63,393 nucleotides of DNA, filler included, from Sphacelaria rigidula (GCA_964200075.2; 6 parts of 6 records of this genome joined end to end with filler, not necessarily neighbours in it), one strand, 5' to 3'; positions 50,401 to 63,393 are shown, numbered from the whole stretch's first letter. Translations and numbers: made by a program. The notes: generated by a model not told the origin, from the sequence alone.

Positions 50401-52401
50401 ACCAGGCCCTTTTGATCCTGGCTTCCGCGAGCCAGGTGCACTTGGCACCCCAGGTGGGCGGCCGCCTTTGCTAGTGCTACCAGTAGCAATTTTGGCGGCA
50501 CTACTTTTCGACTTGCCCTTATTACTGCGCGCAGACGTTTTGGGATTGGGAGACTTTCTGCTCGGCGGTACTTCTGCAGCGTAGGGGTAGTAGCAGGTAT
50601 GAACCTAGGTGTTGGAGTCGGTGTCGGTGATGATTCTTGCCTGTTGGCACCGTCTCCGAAGCTGCACTGTAGGACAAGTAGCAGCAAGCCAAGACCAAAT
50701 GGACTCTGCAACGTCAACGCGGGCCAGCACAACCCCACGCCGGGCACGACGACGCTCAAAAGGAACGTTGGGTACACTATCCAGCACAAGTATGGACAAA
50801 ACACCAGTTTTGCGGAGACCATTGTCCTAGGTACTGCGCTGTTCGTCAATATTCTGTCTGCTGGATACCGCACGAGCAGCACGGTACTGTACTGTGGCTG
50901 CGGCGACCAGAAGGCCGGTAAACCCAAGTGTGACGGAGTCCATACTAAAATCAAGTTTGCGTTATAAAATGCGTTATTTAATGTAGAGGGACTGCAAATA
51001 TTTGAAATTAAATTACATGAAATTAGTGTATGACTTACATAATTTGACCCGTACCCATGGGACCGTCGCCGTAACGGCAGGGTTCTGATTTTAGAATCAG
51101 TCTACCTTTTTTCTAAATGAATTTTTAATCCATGTCGTTCTTTTCCGATGACGTAAGGCACATTTATCCCGACGAGCCTGGGTAAACCCGAAAAGTCGAC
51201 ATGTTCGTGATTTTGGTCGGTGACACTTTTATTGCTCATTTTGGGGGTTCAGGCGCACCCATAACGGAACAATCTTGTTGACCTATTTGCGGCAAATAAA
51301 TCATGATGAGTAACGCACGTATCCAGTGAAATTCCTGACAACGATCACGGAAAACAACGAAAATATCGATGATTTCGGTTCAGTCGTTTCATAACGACCC
51401 GTTCCTACAAGCTGGGCCAGCCTAGAAACAGATTGAGGCTCTCAAAGCAATACCTCACCGACACAGATGAGTTGTGCCATGATCCGCATATCGTATTAAC
51501 CACCGAATCAAGGGAAGTTGCTAATCTACTAAAACGTCCGGGACAATACTTTCTGGTTGATTAGACCCCATGTCTAGTCAATCGTATCTCTAACGGAGAT
51601 ATCATCCATACTAGCATCTTCATGAAACCCCGATCGATGCATTCGGCGGATGACGACGATTTCTGGTGTGGAATTCCCTGGAGCACGGAGAGACGATAGA
51701 TACCCTCACCCTCACCTAATTCGTCATCTATCTCGAGATATGGCGCACATACGTTTCAACACAAAAATCAATATATTACGAGCAGAGGCACTAGATGAAC
51801 TAAATCTGGATACCGCGTTTAGTTTTTCGAGAGTTATCCTATGAAGTTTCGTATGAAGAACCGCTAGTGCATAACAAAGCTAAAAAATCAGCAGTTTTTT
51901 TATCGTTTTTTTCCGGGTTTTCAGGGCAGTTTTGAGGAGAAATGAATACTACTCTTCGGCCTTATTTTAATTTTTTTGCTCATTGCAATTATGATTCGGA
52001 ACTCAGCACGGAGAACCCCAGAGGTATGCTATCACGAAACAAAATAGGCCTTCATATTTTGGGGGGGGAGAGGTTCGGGCGTTGTCGTAGTAAAATGGCC
52101 TTAACTATACTTACTAAAACGCCTAAACCAGTGAAGAAAATGACTAGATACTAATGTGATCCACTTGTTTCGTTAACGTTTTTGGTCAACTATGCCCTAG
52201 CGAGGTCCCACACAAAATTTCAATGCACACACACCAAACCTGGGCCGGTAAGTGGCTTGCAAAATACTGTTCCAAATTTCTACCGATCCCGAAATTAAGG
52301 GCCCATTCGCCGGCCAATATTTAGACCTGGGCCTTTATTTGATATGGACAATGGACAGGAAACAAAATAAAAGGCCAATGGCTTAAAAAGGTATACCTGT
52401 T

Positions 52402-52787
52402 GAGTCATCCTACGATAGGGGGGGGGGTATTTGGTCGCACGAAAAACGAGGCTCATAAGTGTGTCAGACGTTGCGCTTGTATTTGGTTCCAAACGGTGTC
52501 AGGCAGTATGGATGAGCGTTAGTGATCCACAACAAGCTTGGACTCATCCTACGATATGGGGGGGGGTGGGGTATTTTCGGCCATTTGTTGCTCGAAAATT
52601 TCGAGTCAAATCGTTAAAAGCAGCAACGGTTGTTCGAATAAGCTTGTTGTGGATCAATAACGCTCATCCATACTGCCTGACACCGTTTGGAACCGAATAC
52701 AAGCGCAACGCAAGTGTGGAAAGATGTCTGACACACTTATGAGCCTCGTTTTTCGTGCAACCAAATACCCCACCACCTTCCGTATGA
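52402..52787. mobile_element. MITE family B: inverted half copy (52402-52540) fused to a full copy (52541-52787)
   Basis: GAGTCATCCTACGATAGG at 52402 and GACTCATCCTACGATA at 52541; internal sequence matches 10190-10452 and 27572-27820. Confidence 0.85.
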
Positions 52788-52812
52788 TAAAACAAATACA
52801 ATTTCACCTCGT

Positions 52813-52912
52813 NNNNNNNNNNNNNNNNNNNNNNNNNNNNNNNNNNNNNNNNNNNNTTAATTAATTAANNNNNNNNNNNNNNNNNNNNNNNNNNNNNNNN
52901 NNNNNNNNNNNN
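52813..52912. other. Artificial scaffold linker
   Basis: Same N/TTAATTAATTAA/N structure. Confidence 0.97.
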
Positions 52913-52971
52913 CGGCTCATCCTGCGTTTATCACCCTTTATTGTTCTCAACACGTGCCAACGTTTGCGTAG

Positions 52972-53058
52972 GTGAATCTGGACACGTTGGACCTGTCGAG
53001 GAATAAGATCGCGGACTTCGAAGGCCTCCAGGGTCTCAGCGAGCTCACGGACCTATGG
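52972..53058 (+). CDS. SDS22: Protein phosphatase 1 regulatory subunit sds22/PPP1R7, internal LRR exon (gene 5' part outside contig)
   Basis: AG|VNLDTLDLSRNKIADFEGLQGLSELTDLW|GTAAG; SDS22-type LRR, phase 0. Confidence 0.85.
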
Positions 53059-54172
53059 GTAAGAAATGCTCATCGCTGCCTGCTGTATGTTGCCTCTCGC
53101 TTTCCTTGTGTTTTTTTTTTGTCTTTTCCTTGTTGTTATTTTTGTAATACTATCGGTTGTATTCTGGACATGAGGGAATTTGAACGTCCCTGTTCGGACA
53201 CACATATAATCGTATTCTGTGTCTTGCCTCGCGGATATTATTTTCTCGAGTTTTTCTTCCCTTTTTCTTCGCATCTTTTCTTGTTTTCTCCTGTTCTCCT
53301 CCTTTTGCATCTCTGCAATACAATCGTTTGTATTCTGGGCAATGTGCTGTCGGGAAAGTCCCTGTGCTAAACATGTGTAATCGTAGGCGTCTGGCTTTTC
53401 CAAAAAGAAGAGTGGTAGCAGGTCGGTACTTGACGTTACCCCGAGATATCTTTACTGTCGGCGTGATGAGTAAATGGAGCTACTGTTTTGCCGCTTAACG
53501 GTTGGCATCCCGTGTTTCGTTGCCTTTGTGCTGCGGGGAAAGTAGGTTCATCATCGACAAGCGATTGTTGTAAAAAAAATGCTGGCATATCCAACGTAGA
53601 CTCGCCTTCCGCGGCTGCCCTGAAACATGTTGGGAGGGAAGAAGTACAAGTCCTACTGTGTGTGTGTATGTGTGTGTGTTCGTCTCATTTATTTTGGACG
53701 CCTACACCTTTCAAAATGTGTGGGCGTACCAGCCGGGGACACAAAGGAGTAAGGTCAACACAGATGTTTGCTTTTTTTATTCTTCCCATGTTCCGTCTGT
53801 GGTGCTTTCCCTGATTTTTATCGCAACGAGGTTTCGGCCGTTCCTTTCCCTCGTCGACAATTGTATCAAGGTTTTGTTTCTCACGGAATATTCGCATTTT
53901 CCACCTCTATGCATATTTTGAGGGGAAAAAAAAAGCAGTTTAGTGTGACGTCACGGAGGATCGAAATTACGGCCTCGCAGCAGTGAGAAGGTTTTTTGAG
54001 GCTACCACCGTGGTAACCGGCAACTCTACGATTTTCATTTTCCTGTGCAGGATGTGACGCTAGGAACTATACGTGGCATGTGCGCAGATAGTTTTGCTGA
54101 GTTATCCTGTGTTCATTCTCGCGAGGTCTTTCAAGTGTGTCGCTTATTGATGAGCAAACCGTCCGCACATAC

Positions 54173-54616
54173 AACAGCCGACCATTGAATTTGAGGATGG
54201 AGCTTTTCATTGAGGATGAAAACCCGAGGAATTAAAATCTTCGTATCCACACCATTTCTTCGAAATATGGTTCCTTTTCTTCACCTACTGGTAACTATTG
54301 ACAACCGCTACACATCCTACAAATATGGATTTCGACAACCGAAATGTTGGGGTCCTAGCTGAAGAAACAATTTTGGGGAATTCCGGTGATCCGGTCAGAT
54401 CGACGAAATTCCCCGAACTTTCCTTTTCACCTAGGACCCCAACATTTCGGTTGTCGAAATCCAAATTTGTAGGATGTGTAGCGGTTGTCAATAGTTACTA
54501 GTAGGTGAAGAAAAGGAACCATATTTCGAAGAAATGGTGTGGATACGAAGATTTCAATCCTCCGGGTTTTCATCCTCAATGACAAGCTCCATCCTCAACT
54601 TCAAAGATCAGCTGTT
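54173..54616. mobile_element. Foldback/palindromic MITE (~445 bp) in the sds22 intron
   Basis: Near-perfect palindrome centred at ~54395; same family as 21167-21572. Confidence 0.9.
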
Positions 54617-55422
54617 TAGCGCTGACTGTTCCTTTCGGATAGATGTGTCGATGCTCTCGAGTGGCCCAGCATCCGAAGGTCGATCTGCCAGGATCCACCA
54701 TGCTGTGATGTCGCAGCTCGTATTTGTTGTAGACTTCGTATTCGAGCTATTTGTCTGTACATGCGTATAATTCTTTTTCACAAGCAAACTATGCCGGCCT
54801 CCCTTCAAGAGTTCGTGTCGGTCGGCAACGACGCTGTAAAACACGCCGCGTAAGATAGAAGATAGGCAACTAAGGTACCGTTTTTTTTTCTCGCTTGCGT
54901 TTTTTTTTGCGCTTAATGACTGCGAGGCTGGTCCGGCGGAACCTTGCGTGCTCCGTCCCGGCTTTGCAGGGATGCGAGGTGGATGGTCGTATGACTACGG
55001 CATGCAAGATCATGAGTACACGCCCCCTCCCCCATCCTTGGTCGTGCGAGTCTTGCTCGCTATACCGATTGCAGCTTCCGTCTACCACACTCACTTTTTT
55101 GTATTGGTTTATTGTTTCTCAGTTTGCTCCTTTCACCATGTGACCACGGCTGAATCCCTAGGGGGTCAGTTAAAGGGCGACGGTCAAACCAACCGATCCT
55201 CTTGTTCGACCTTGCCCTCTCCCTCCCCCCCACTTTTGTTTTTCTTTAGCAGGCGTTTCCGTTTTGTTTACCTCGGGTGCATGTATCTTGTGACCGCGGA
55301 TGGGTCCCTGGGGGGGTCAGTTACTGTGCGACAATCAATCAATCAATCAACCAATGAAGGTCACGGGTGGGTGACCTGATCCTCATAGTTACTGTGATTT
55401 TTGTTGTGTATCTGTTCGGCAG

Positions 55423-55520
55423 ATGAGCGGTAACCTCGTCTCTACGTTCGAGGCGATCGACCAATTGCAGCCTCTGACCAACCTCACCTGCCTCTACCTG
55501 GAACACAATCCTCTCTACAA
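55423..55520 (+). CDS. SDS22: sds22/PPP1R7 penultimate exon
   Basis: CAG|MSGNLVSTFEAIDQLQPLTNLTCLYLEHNPLYK|GTGAG; phase 2 end matches the next exon. Confidence 0.87.
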
Positions 55521-55968
55521 GTGAGTTGCCATGAAGCGTTTGCGGTAGCTTACATGGTGGATGTAGCTGGATGTATCTATATCGCCCGCTTACGATCGTC
55601 TACAGACAGTCTTCTACCCGCCCTCCCTTGCTTACTTGCTTGCCTCCGCTTGAACAATCAGGGTGCTGTTTCGCCGTCATTTTTGTTGTTGTTAGTTTCG
55701 TTGCACTTGAACCTAAAGGTGGACACAGCCTGCGTATTCCTCACCAAAAGGACGTGGCTGTAGCTACGTTAATGGGATGAAAAGTTTCTTCCACCTGTGC
55801 GCGTCTTCACCCCTGACCTGTTTATTCTGCACTGGGTCTCAGGCCCCCACCGTTTTTGCAGACTACGTAAGTGCTTTGCCCTTTTGTAAAGTACGTCCTT
55901 CAGGCTGGTTGTTCAGACTTGCTAGGAAAATGAGGGCAACTTTTTCGGAAAGGCAATCATTACATAGT

Positions 55969-56135
55969 ATCATTTAACAATGATATAGTGCTCAGATATG
56001 CACGAAATGACACGAGGGACATTTCTTTCTGATTCACCCTCAAAAGACCGCAATCATTTAACAATGATATAGTGCTCAGATATGCACGAAATGACACGAG
56101 GAACATTTCTTTCTGATTCACCCTCAAAAGACCGC
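55969..56135. repeat. 84-bp tandem duplication (x2) in the last sds22 intron
   Basis: CATTTAACAATGATATAGTG at 55971 and 56055. Confidence 0.9.
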
Positions 56136-56316
56136 CACATCTCGGGAAACCTTGCGAGAGAGCGAGACAGAGGACGGAACGTATTTTTTTTTCCAACTGA
56201 CGCATGCCCGCGCCACAAAAACAAACCCGAAGATTTTTGTGAGGTCCTCGCCACAGTCGGCTACACCAACGCGTAATGGGTTTACTATGTTCCTCCCTCC
56301 CCAATGCGTTGAGCAG

Positions 56317-56395
56317 GGACTTCGAGTACCGTAAGCGGTTGGCGCTTGCTCTGCCTACGCTGACACAGATCGATGCTACCGGGGTCGCCCGCTAA
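56317..56395 (+). CDS. SDS22: sds22/PPP1R7 terminal exon (LRR cap)
   Basis: CAG|(K)DFEYRKRLALALPTLTQIDATGVAR*; matches the sds22 LRRcap YRxK..LALP.(V/L).QIDAT. Confidence 0.88.
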
Positions 56396-59300
56396 GGGAT
56401 GCCACGCTCCCGGCACGGCGGCGGGGGTTGGAGAGAAAGCGTTGAGGCATGGCCAGCTTTCTTGAAGAAGTGAACGCAGCACTCAGTTCTGGACGTCATC
56501 CGAGCGGGGGGGGCTGATATCGCAATCTATTTAAGGAGTGCGATGTTGAGGGGTTCAGTTTGCTATTTTCTCGACGCCGTTTAGGGCGCGGGAAGAGTAC
56601 CGCGAGAGGCGCAGGCGGGTCCTGTAGATTGGGTTCGAGTGTTGGTGGAAGCGATTCGCATCCTTTGATGGATATTGCTAGGCTTCCCACAGACGTGTGC
56701 TAGTTTCATCAATATGTGTGCTGTGCTTCACCACCCAGTGCGGAACTGATGAGAGCTGCATCTGTGGCCAGTCATGACTGTGGATAGTTCGCCACATCAT
56801 GATGAATCGGATCTTTTTTCTGGTGACGGTTCATGCAGGGATTGCTTTCTGATGGCGAATATTCTCTCATCTCCAGTCAAATAACTACTGTAGTCTATAT
56901 ATCTCACTCTTGCATGGACATCGTATTACTGTATTTGATGGCGAGATGATTCGATCACGGGTGGTGTCATATTGTTCCGATATCTGTGTGGGGGGGTTAT
57001 TTTCTGGAAATATATTCTGGGCTTTGAGCAGGCAGGCAGTTTGCAGTCGGGGAGACTGAACGATTTGTGTGGAATCATGACCCGGTCCATTGCATGTATG
57101 CTCCTTTTGCATGTGTGCAAACGGCCGAGCGGTGACATGTTTTTTCGCTGGACGGGGTGTGGGGACAGGGACTGGTGATCTTGAGTAGCCCTCATGTTGT
57201 ACAATAAGATAAAGCCGGAAGTTTGAAAGGAGTTGCCACCGCAGGTGACCAAGTATAGATAGCACTCCGTGGTGAAAAAAATCACTCGATTACGTCGTAA
57301 ACTGCGGTTACCGAAGGCGGGGTGTTGACAGTATGTGTTCGGTCTTTTTTCATGGAACGGGAGTTTTTCGGGATCGCAGGGCCTTGTTTTTTTGAGTATC
57401 TGACCTCTCGAGTTCGTTCTCTGAATGTGCTACTGTACAGTATCCTTCGTCCTTCCCGTGAGTACAGTTTTTTTTTTTTCGGTTCCGTGATGTGTTTCGA
57501 AGAGGACATGTGAGCGTATCCTGATGGCGATGGCCCTCGTGCTGAGGTCAGCTGTTGAGAGGGCATAGACAAGGTTCAACAGGGGCAATATGGTTACTTT
57601 GTTCAGAGAGGTACACGTCTAAGGTAGAACGTACTGGTCAAATGTACTGAGCAGTAGACATTTTGACGGTAGACTGTCGCATTTGAGCTTGTTTTGGCGA
57701 AGTGCTTCGTTATACATGTGGCCGAGAACCATAACTCTGACAAAAAAAAGGTGTCCAAAGTCGTCCTGGCTTTGTTTTTTTCGAAAAACAGGTACGACCC
57801 CGGTGTACTACAGGCTGGTTCACGCTTATCCAACTAAAGGCACTCATCGATACAACTTCACGTCGTTACCAGGATATGGACCCTGGAATTTTGCACAAAA
57901 GTGGTATAGGTCATGATGCGCGATTGTGCGATGGATGAACTCTTGCGTGCCACGGTGAAACCGCAAACTACTTGATTTTAGTATGAAGATGTCGTTTTTG
58001 GGCCTTCTTCGCAGTAGTGTTTTGCCAGTTGATCGATTGGAACCTTCCCGAACTTTTGTTACTTGATTTGAGTGTGAACACCGATATTCGGATCTTCACT
58101 AGGGCTGACAGTCCCAACTGCCCCTCGCGTGCGCAGAAGGCGTTTTCCTCAAAAACGGCGCCTGCGGCGTCGTTTCAAATTCTGCCCACGCCGCACTTCG
58201 CATGGGAAATGCTTTGCACTCCCCTCGCCCGAGGGTTCTCAATATTGCTTTGGTTGGGATCAGAGTCAGGGCTAGCGTTATTATTTAAAACGTGTTTCTG
58301 ATAAATTTCTCCATCGACCAAGTAAGTGGTGAACACACCTAACAAAGTTTTTGGGAAATTGAGAGTTGAAGGTACGATTGAGAGTGGAGAGCAGTCAATT
58401 AGTGAATGAGCCGTTTCAGTTCCGAAATGCATCTCCACCAGGCCCAATATTCTCTCTGTAGTAGCTTGCCACTGAGCCCCTCGATACCTCTGAGTAGGAT
58501 ATCAACATGTAGCTGTAAGCACATAGCAGTGATGAGACGACGAAAAGCACACACGGAATGGAAAATTGACCAAGTTGAAGTGAATGATCAAAGCCACTCT
58601 CAACCCGCACCAAACTCTCAATCTCACGGAAACCTTGTCACCTCTTTCGACATGAACGTGAAAACTCGAGCATCAGTTAATCGAGGTCGGCCAAAAAACT
58701 TTGTGGGGTCTTTCCTTGAGTTATGCGGCGACGGCTCATTCGCAAAAGAATGAAAACAATTACCGCGGAGCCGGTTTTCCGGGGTCCAAGAATGGATACT
58801 ACGTTCGAAAAAACGGCTTGGATCCCGTCGGACCCCCGAAAAACGGTAAAAAAAGTGGAAAGTGAAAAAAATATTCAATCGAAAGTTCGTCAATGGCCCA
58901 TAGCACATTTGACCATACTAGAATAGGAGGGGGGGGGACACCCAGCCTGCTGCCCCCTACTTTATTACCGAGGCGTTGGCGGATGCGCTCAGCTGCCGTG
59001 TACAGAGATTCTTGGCATGGAGATCGCTGAGATGATGAACACACCGCCCCTCCAAGCTCATCACCTACCATGAATAATACATTTTTGGGATCATATTGCG
59101 TGTCGTGTGCCTCCACTACCACCTACCACTAGTAGTCCGGGCAAATTTGGCGAGACGTGAGATAATGTTGCTGCTTCGACTACAGGCTGTCGGTACCGTG
59201 CACTCGTCTATTGTACATAGATGTATGTGAGCGTCGCTGGTATCCGAGTTGATCGAGACAGGGCGGGCAAGGAGCAGAAACAAGTATACGAACCTGGCAA

Positions 59301-62300
59301 AGCCCGCCAGACTTATCGGTTCACGTCAGTGTTTGTTGATCAATTTCTTTCGACAATTTCAACAAAAAAAAACAAGAAAATCACAAAAAAAAGTCACGAA
59401 AATCATGACAATTTTCTGAAAAAATATCTCCAGCAGGAGGGGGGGGGGGGGGGGCGTTGGCTGCGTGTCCGAAAACATTCTCTCGACAGACACGTGGTCG
59501 AGGTAATAATTATGTTCGTCACCGATCCTGGCACCGCAGTTGTAAAGGAGTTATGAAACAAACGATGATTTCGACATGTATCTCACCCGTCAACATCACC
59601 GCCGACCGTAAACCTAAGGGCAACATTGTGCCCAGGTGTACGTGTCTTCATGATCGAAAAATTGAGATGCGCCAGGGCGGTTTTCGCTTGACGCCTAGAC
59701 GAACGAGCTCTCACCCGATTGGCACAAAAAAAATCATGAGCGACGGCGGGGGCTGCGTTAGGAGCTCAAAGCGCCAAGATACCGCCAGTCGCTGCATAAA
59801 AGACAAAAAGCGCTGAAAATATGTGAAGAATCTAGGTTGCCAAGCTCAAACTTTTGTGTGAGGGAACAATGGGTACGGCGCAGCAGAGTTTGATTTGCTG
59901 CTGCTCTACGCGTTACCTACAAATATCCAAGGAAGACTGCCTTCCGTATATATATTCTTGGCGGATCGACCACCACCGAAGTTGATGAGCAGCAGGAGAT
60001 ATCGGCCTAGACGTTGCGATCTCGTGCGTGTATATCCTACTTGTTCGTGCCTCAGCAGGAGTGGTAGAGTAGACACCAGTGTCTCGGCTACTGAATGTGC
60101 CGGTGTAGGGGCGTGGGTATCATCAGAGGGAACAAATACCTTGCGGGGAAATCTGCGGCATGCAGTTTCGATTATTGTACTGCTTCAACAATGTCCGACA
60201 CTGAGATATTACCAGTTAGTAGAGCGGAAGTTTCGCGGGATGCTGATCACCTATTTTCGGTCCACCGTCGATCTTCGGGTCGTTAGTGGGGCCGACAGTC
60301 TCATGTGCTCCTTGCTTGCGCAGGAAGTTTTCTTGTCGAGATCGTCGCCACAGATATCGACGTGGAGTCTGCCAACGCACGCTTTGCCTAGGGCACGCTC
60401 TTGGCCGCCCCTACCCGAGGGTTCTCAGTATGTCTCGCATTAGGATTAGGGCAGGAGCTCGATTTCTTCTAGAATGAACAAATTCCGAGAAACTTCATTC
60501 ACGTTTCGACCGCGCAGCAAGGTGATCCCTTGGAACGGCATTACATCTATACATGAGATGTGAAGTGAATTATACTGATTCAAATGTCGCCTACCCTGAC
60601 GGTGAAATCGTTCACGAGTCATTCGAACAGGAGCCATGAAACGAGCTCCAACCTCACTTTCATCGTGTCTACAGTATGTATTCAGATCACCGGTTATTTC
60701 ATGGATATCATCTAGTAATTTCCGTCGGTCGTGATTTTTTGTTGTTTCGTTGTTTCGTTTTTTCGTTTTTTTTCGTTTTTTCGTTTTTTTTCCGATTTTG
60801 AAGGAGCAGGGATGCGTATCCTCTCACATACCAAAGGGACGCATTCGTGATCAGATAACGAAAGATCAAGATCGAGCACGATCCTGCATCCCGTCCCGAT
60901 CCCTCCTCCCTCGAGCGCCAGTCACCTTGCGAAGCTGTCGATCCACATCGAGGGAGAATTGTTTCCATCTGCTGAGTGATCCATCACGGTTCCGCGGCCC
61001 ATCATCAGCTGCAGCAGTATCAGGAGCACAAGGAGCAAGCAACAGGAAAAATTAGCAAGAAGAGTAGGCTGCCCAGCAGAGTGACGCTGGCGTTGCAGCA
61101 TCAAGGAAAGACGCGAGAGACTCTATAGGCATCAGCTGACGGAAGGAAATCCAGGCTGCAGCTACTGCAACGAGCAAGCGCAGTGCGAGGTAAGACCAGC
61201 TCGGCATAATTATCGGCTACAGCGGTCCGCTTTTCGCGCTTTCTACGGGGTGCTGTGGCAACAGGGAAAAGTTGCACACACTCTGTCCCGCTGTCTTCTG
61301 AAGCTTCAAGAAGCCGTCGCGCATACATGTTGAAAATTCCACATGGTATAAGCGGCAAGCATCCTCGGATCGACGGAGGCATACTGGACGTGGAAGCCAC
61401 ACGGCACACACATATATCCTGCTGTGTTCCTTCAGCACCTCAAGTCTCCGTGTGTGCTCCTATATTTGTCTCTCCACTCATCTGTCGCTTAGATTGTTGA
61501 TGGAGCAGTGCACTACTATGAATGACACGTGAACCAAGGCCGAAGCACGCTGTCGAAGATCAGGAACACCGTGCTGTATCTACACACACCTGATGTCAAA
61601 TAGCTCAAGTAGGATCGGTGCAAATGCCAGTCCTTGCTGTATTATGGCTTGGCAGATTGTGAGCTCAGCAGCAGCTAGCTGTTGTTCACAGAGGGGGTCG
61701 TTCAGTTTCAGTGTTCTTTGCACTGTCGAGAGGTCCATGTACGTTGGGGCGCGTGTGTTCGTATCGACAGTACAGTACAAGAATGGCGTGCGTGCGGCAC
61801 GTTCTTCGATATTGTGTCAAACCGTGCAGGCGTTCGTTAGATCTCGCAAGGACAGCCCGGAGCCACACACACCCGAATACCATCAGTGTGAACAGCATCT
61901 GATCCAGGGCCCCGCCAGTTTAGGCTATGCGTTTGCAGTTCACGGAGATTACCTCTGCGTGCTCTGCTTTCCAGTTGCGCGTCCCCTACCGACGACTACA
62001 ACATCGGTTGGAGTTGGTTCCGTCTACAACGAAAGAAGCACCTGCACTGTACGTATTCATGTCAGAAAACGCGTTCTGTATCTCATACGATCCCTCTTGC
62101 GCAGGGAACGTCAACCATTTGAGTTCACGACGAAACTGGTGGCACGCACCATCAAACAAGACAATCGAACGCTAGATCCTCGAATGTATGCGAATGGCAA
62201 CCGCTAGTCAAAACCCTCAGCCCAGGCGCGAAGTCTGTAGCTCTGTCGGAGGTGAAAACTGGAAATCTGTAGCATCTACAGATGAGCCAAACGCGATCAG

Positions 62301-63393
62301 ACCGTATCGAGGCATGAGCGTTGGGCAACGAAGTATGAGCGTTGAGCTACAAAAGACAGAGCTCGAACGGGACTGTCAGCCAAAAAGCACGAGCAGCTGG
62401 GTAGGTTGGAGAAAATATCAAATTATCCGTTTGTTGGGGGACCCGCGTGTATTTTTGGTATATAAAACGGTTTTCATTTTTTTCCGTGTCTTTTTTTTTT
62501 TCATCGAGAGACGGTGACAGTCCCGTGGATAGAGTCCGACTTACACCTCTTGTCGTGAACGAACACCATGTCCAATCGGGATGGTCAGCCTCAGGCAGAG
62601 TAGATGTAGCGGTCATGTGTCAGATCCGATGCGTTCTGATGGTCTCGGTAGCACGCACGCCTGCTGAGATTGAATCGAGATTCCACGGCGTGTGAACCAT
62701 CATGCAGAAACAGCTGGTTACGCACCTAGCATGCACCTTGTCGAAAGATCATGTCAAGGCATATCTGCCGGCCGAGTACAGCCTAATCCATTCTACCACG
62801 CACCCCTCCTACTTGAATCTACTCTTCTCCGTCGCTGCTGAGTTAATAGCGCTGCTGTTGTTCCTGTCCGGTTTCGGCATTGTTGCCATCTACTCGGCAG
62901 CAGATGGGTGTGCAGAAGTCAGGATCGGCATCATTGAGAGCTCTCGGGCTTGCCGTTGGCTCCATGCTTCTGGGGCCCGTCGCGGCGGTTCCCTTCGGGT
63001 AATTTCGATATTCACGTCTTGAGTTTGATCACCGCTGCAGCAAGCGCCAACGATACAAGTAGTACAGTGTGGGACAGTCAACGTCACTCTAGCCGGTAAA
63101 CTAAGCTCATCGCGGGTGGCGTGGTGCTGTTGTGCTGTATGTAGATGGCGCTGGTCGTTTGAATTGCACCGCGTGTGCCTGCTGGATATTTTTGCCAAAG
63201 ATGATGCGATTGGAGTGTTCGATGAATGATGGTCTTGTGTTGGCGGGAATGTAGGTTGCACCAACCTACAGACTGTAGTGCAGTCAGTTACGCTGCGATA
63301 GTCGGCAGCCGAGAATTATGTAATATTATGCACAGGCACCGTAGGTAAGGTAGGTACCCGGTACCGGTATTTGGGACATCTCATACCCTACCG

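Noticed and set aside
42213-51426. GCTGGGCCAGCCTAG copies as the two ends of one element or as Helitron 3' ends
   Set aside because: The copies are in the same orientation and on different contigs, and the hairpin abuts CTAG without the usual spacer. Kept only as a candidate terminus.
52972-53370. 132-aa ORF as a complete membrane protein
   Set aside because: Only the first 29 codons are LRR exon; the rest is read-through into a T-rich intron after GTAAG.
56400-63393. Short ORFs downstream of sds22 as genes (e.g. 59895-60443, 61593-62207)
   Set aside because: They have no recognisable motifs, frequent stops in all frames and no consistent splice pattern.

Overview
Eukaryotic, transposon-dense DNA. 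It is most likely a brown alga or related stramenopile; this is inferred from intron style and TE families and is not proven. The window is not one locus: six unrelated contigs of about 10.48 kb (1-10483, 10584-21066, 21167-31648, 31749-42230, 42331-52812, 52913-63393) are joined by artificial 100-nt N/TTAATTAATTAA/N linkers. Contig 1 holds two tandem, internally deleted Ty1/Copia copies sharing a 334-bp LTR, inserted into one arm of a ~0.7-kb inverted repeat, plus nested MITEs. Contig 2 is almost entirely one intron-containing, decayed Helitron2/Helentron-type element (DUF6570-Rep-Pif1 helicase, minus strand). Its helicase runs on in frame into a USP/peptidase-C19-like deubiquitinase domain, the most interesting observation here. 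Contig 3 holds a decayed Ty3/Gypsy element, foldback and other MITEs, a GAGTA-rich satellite and a cluster of three tandem hairpins. Contig 4 holds old relics, a diverged ~1.45-kb duplication, a ~1-kb inverted repeat and piggyBac-like mini-elements. Contig 5 holds a second Copia family (RT/RNase H), a 5.5 x 478-bp tandem array and a decayed DUF6729-type transposase-like gene. Contig 6 holds the last three exons of a host sds22/PPP1R7 LRR gene, followed by unrecognised sequence. No rRNA, tRNA or CRISPR array was found.
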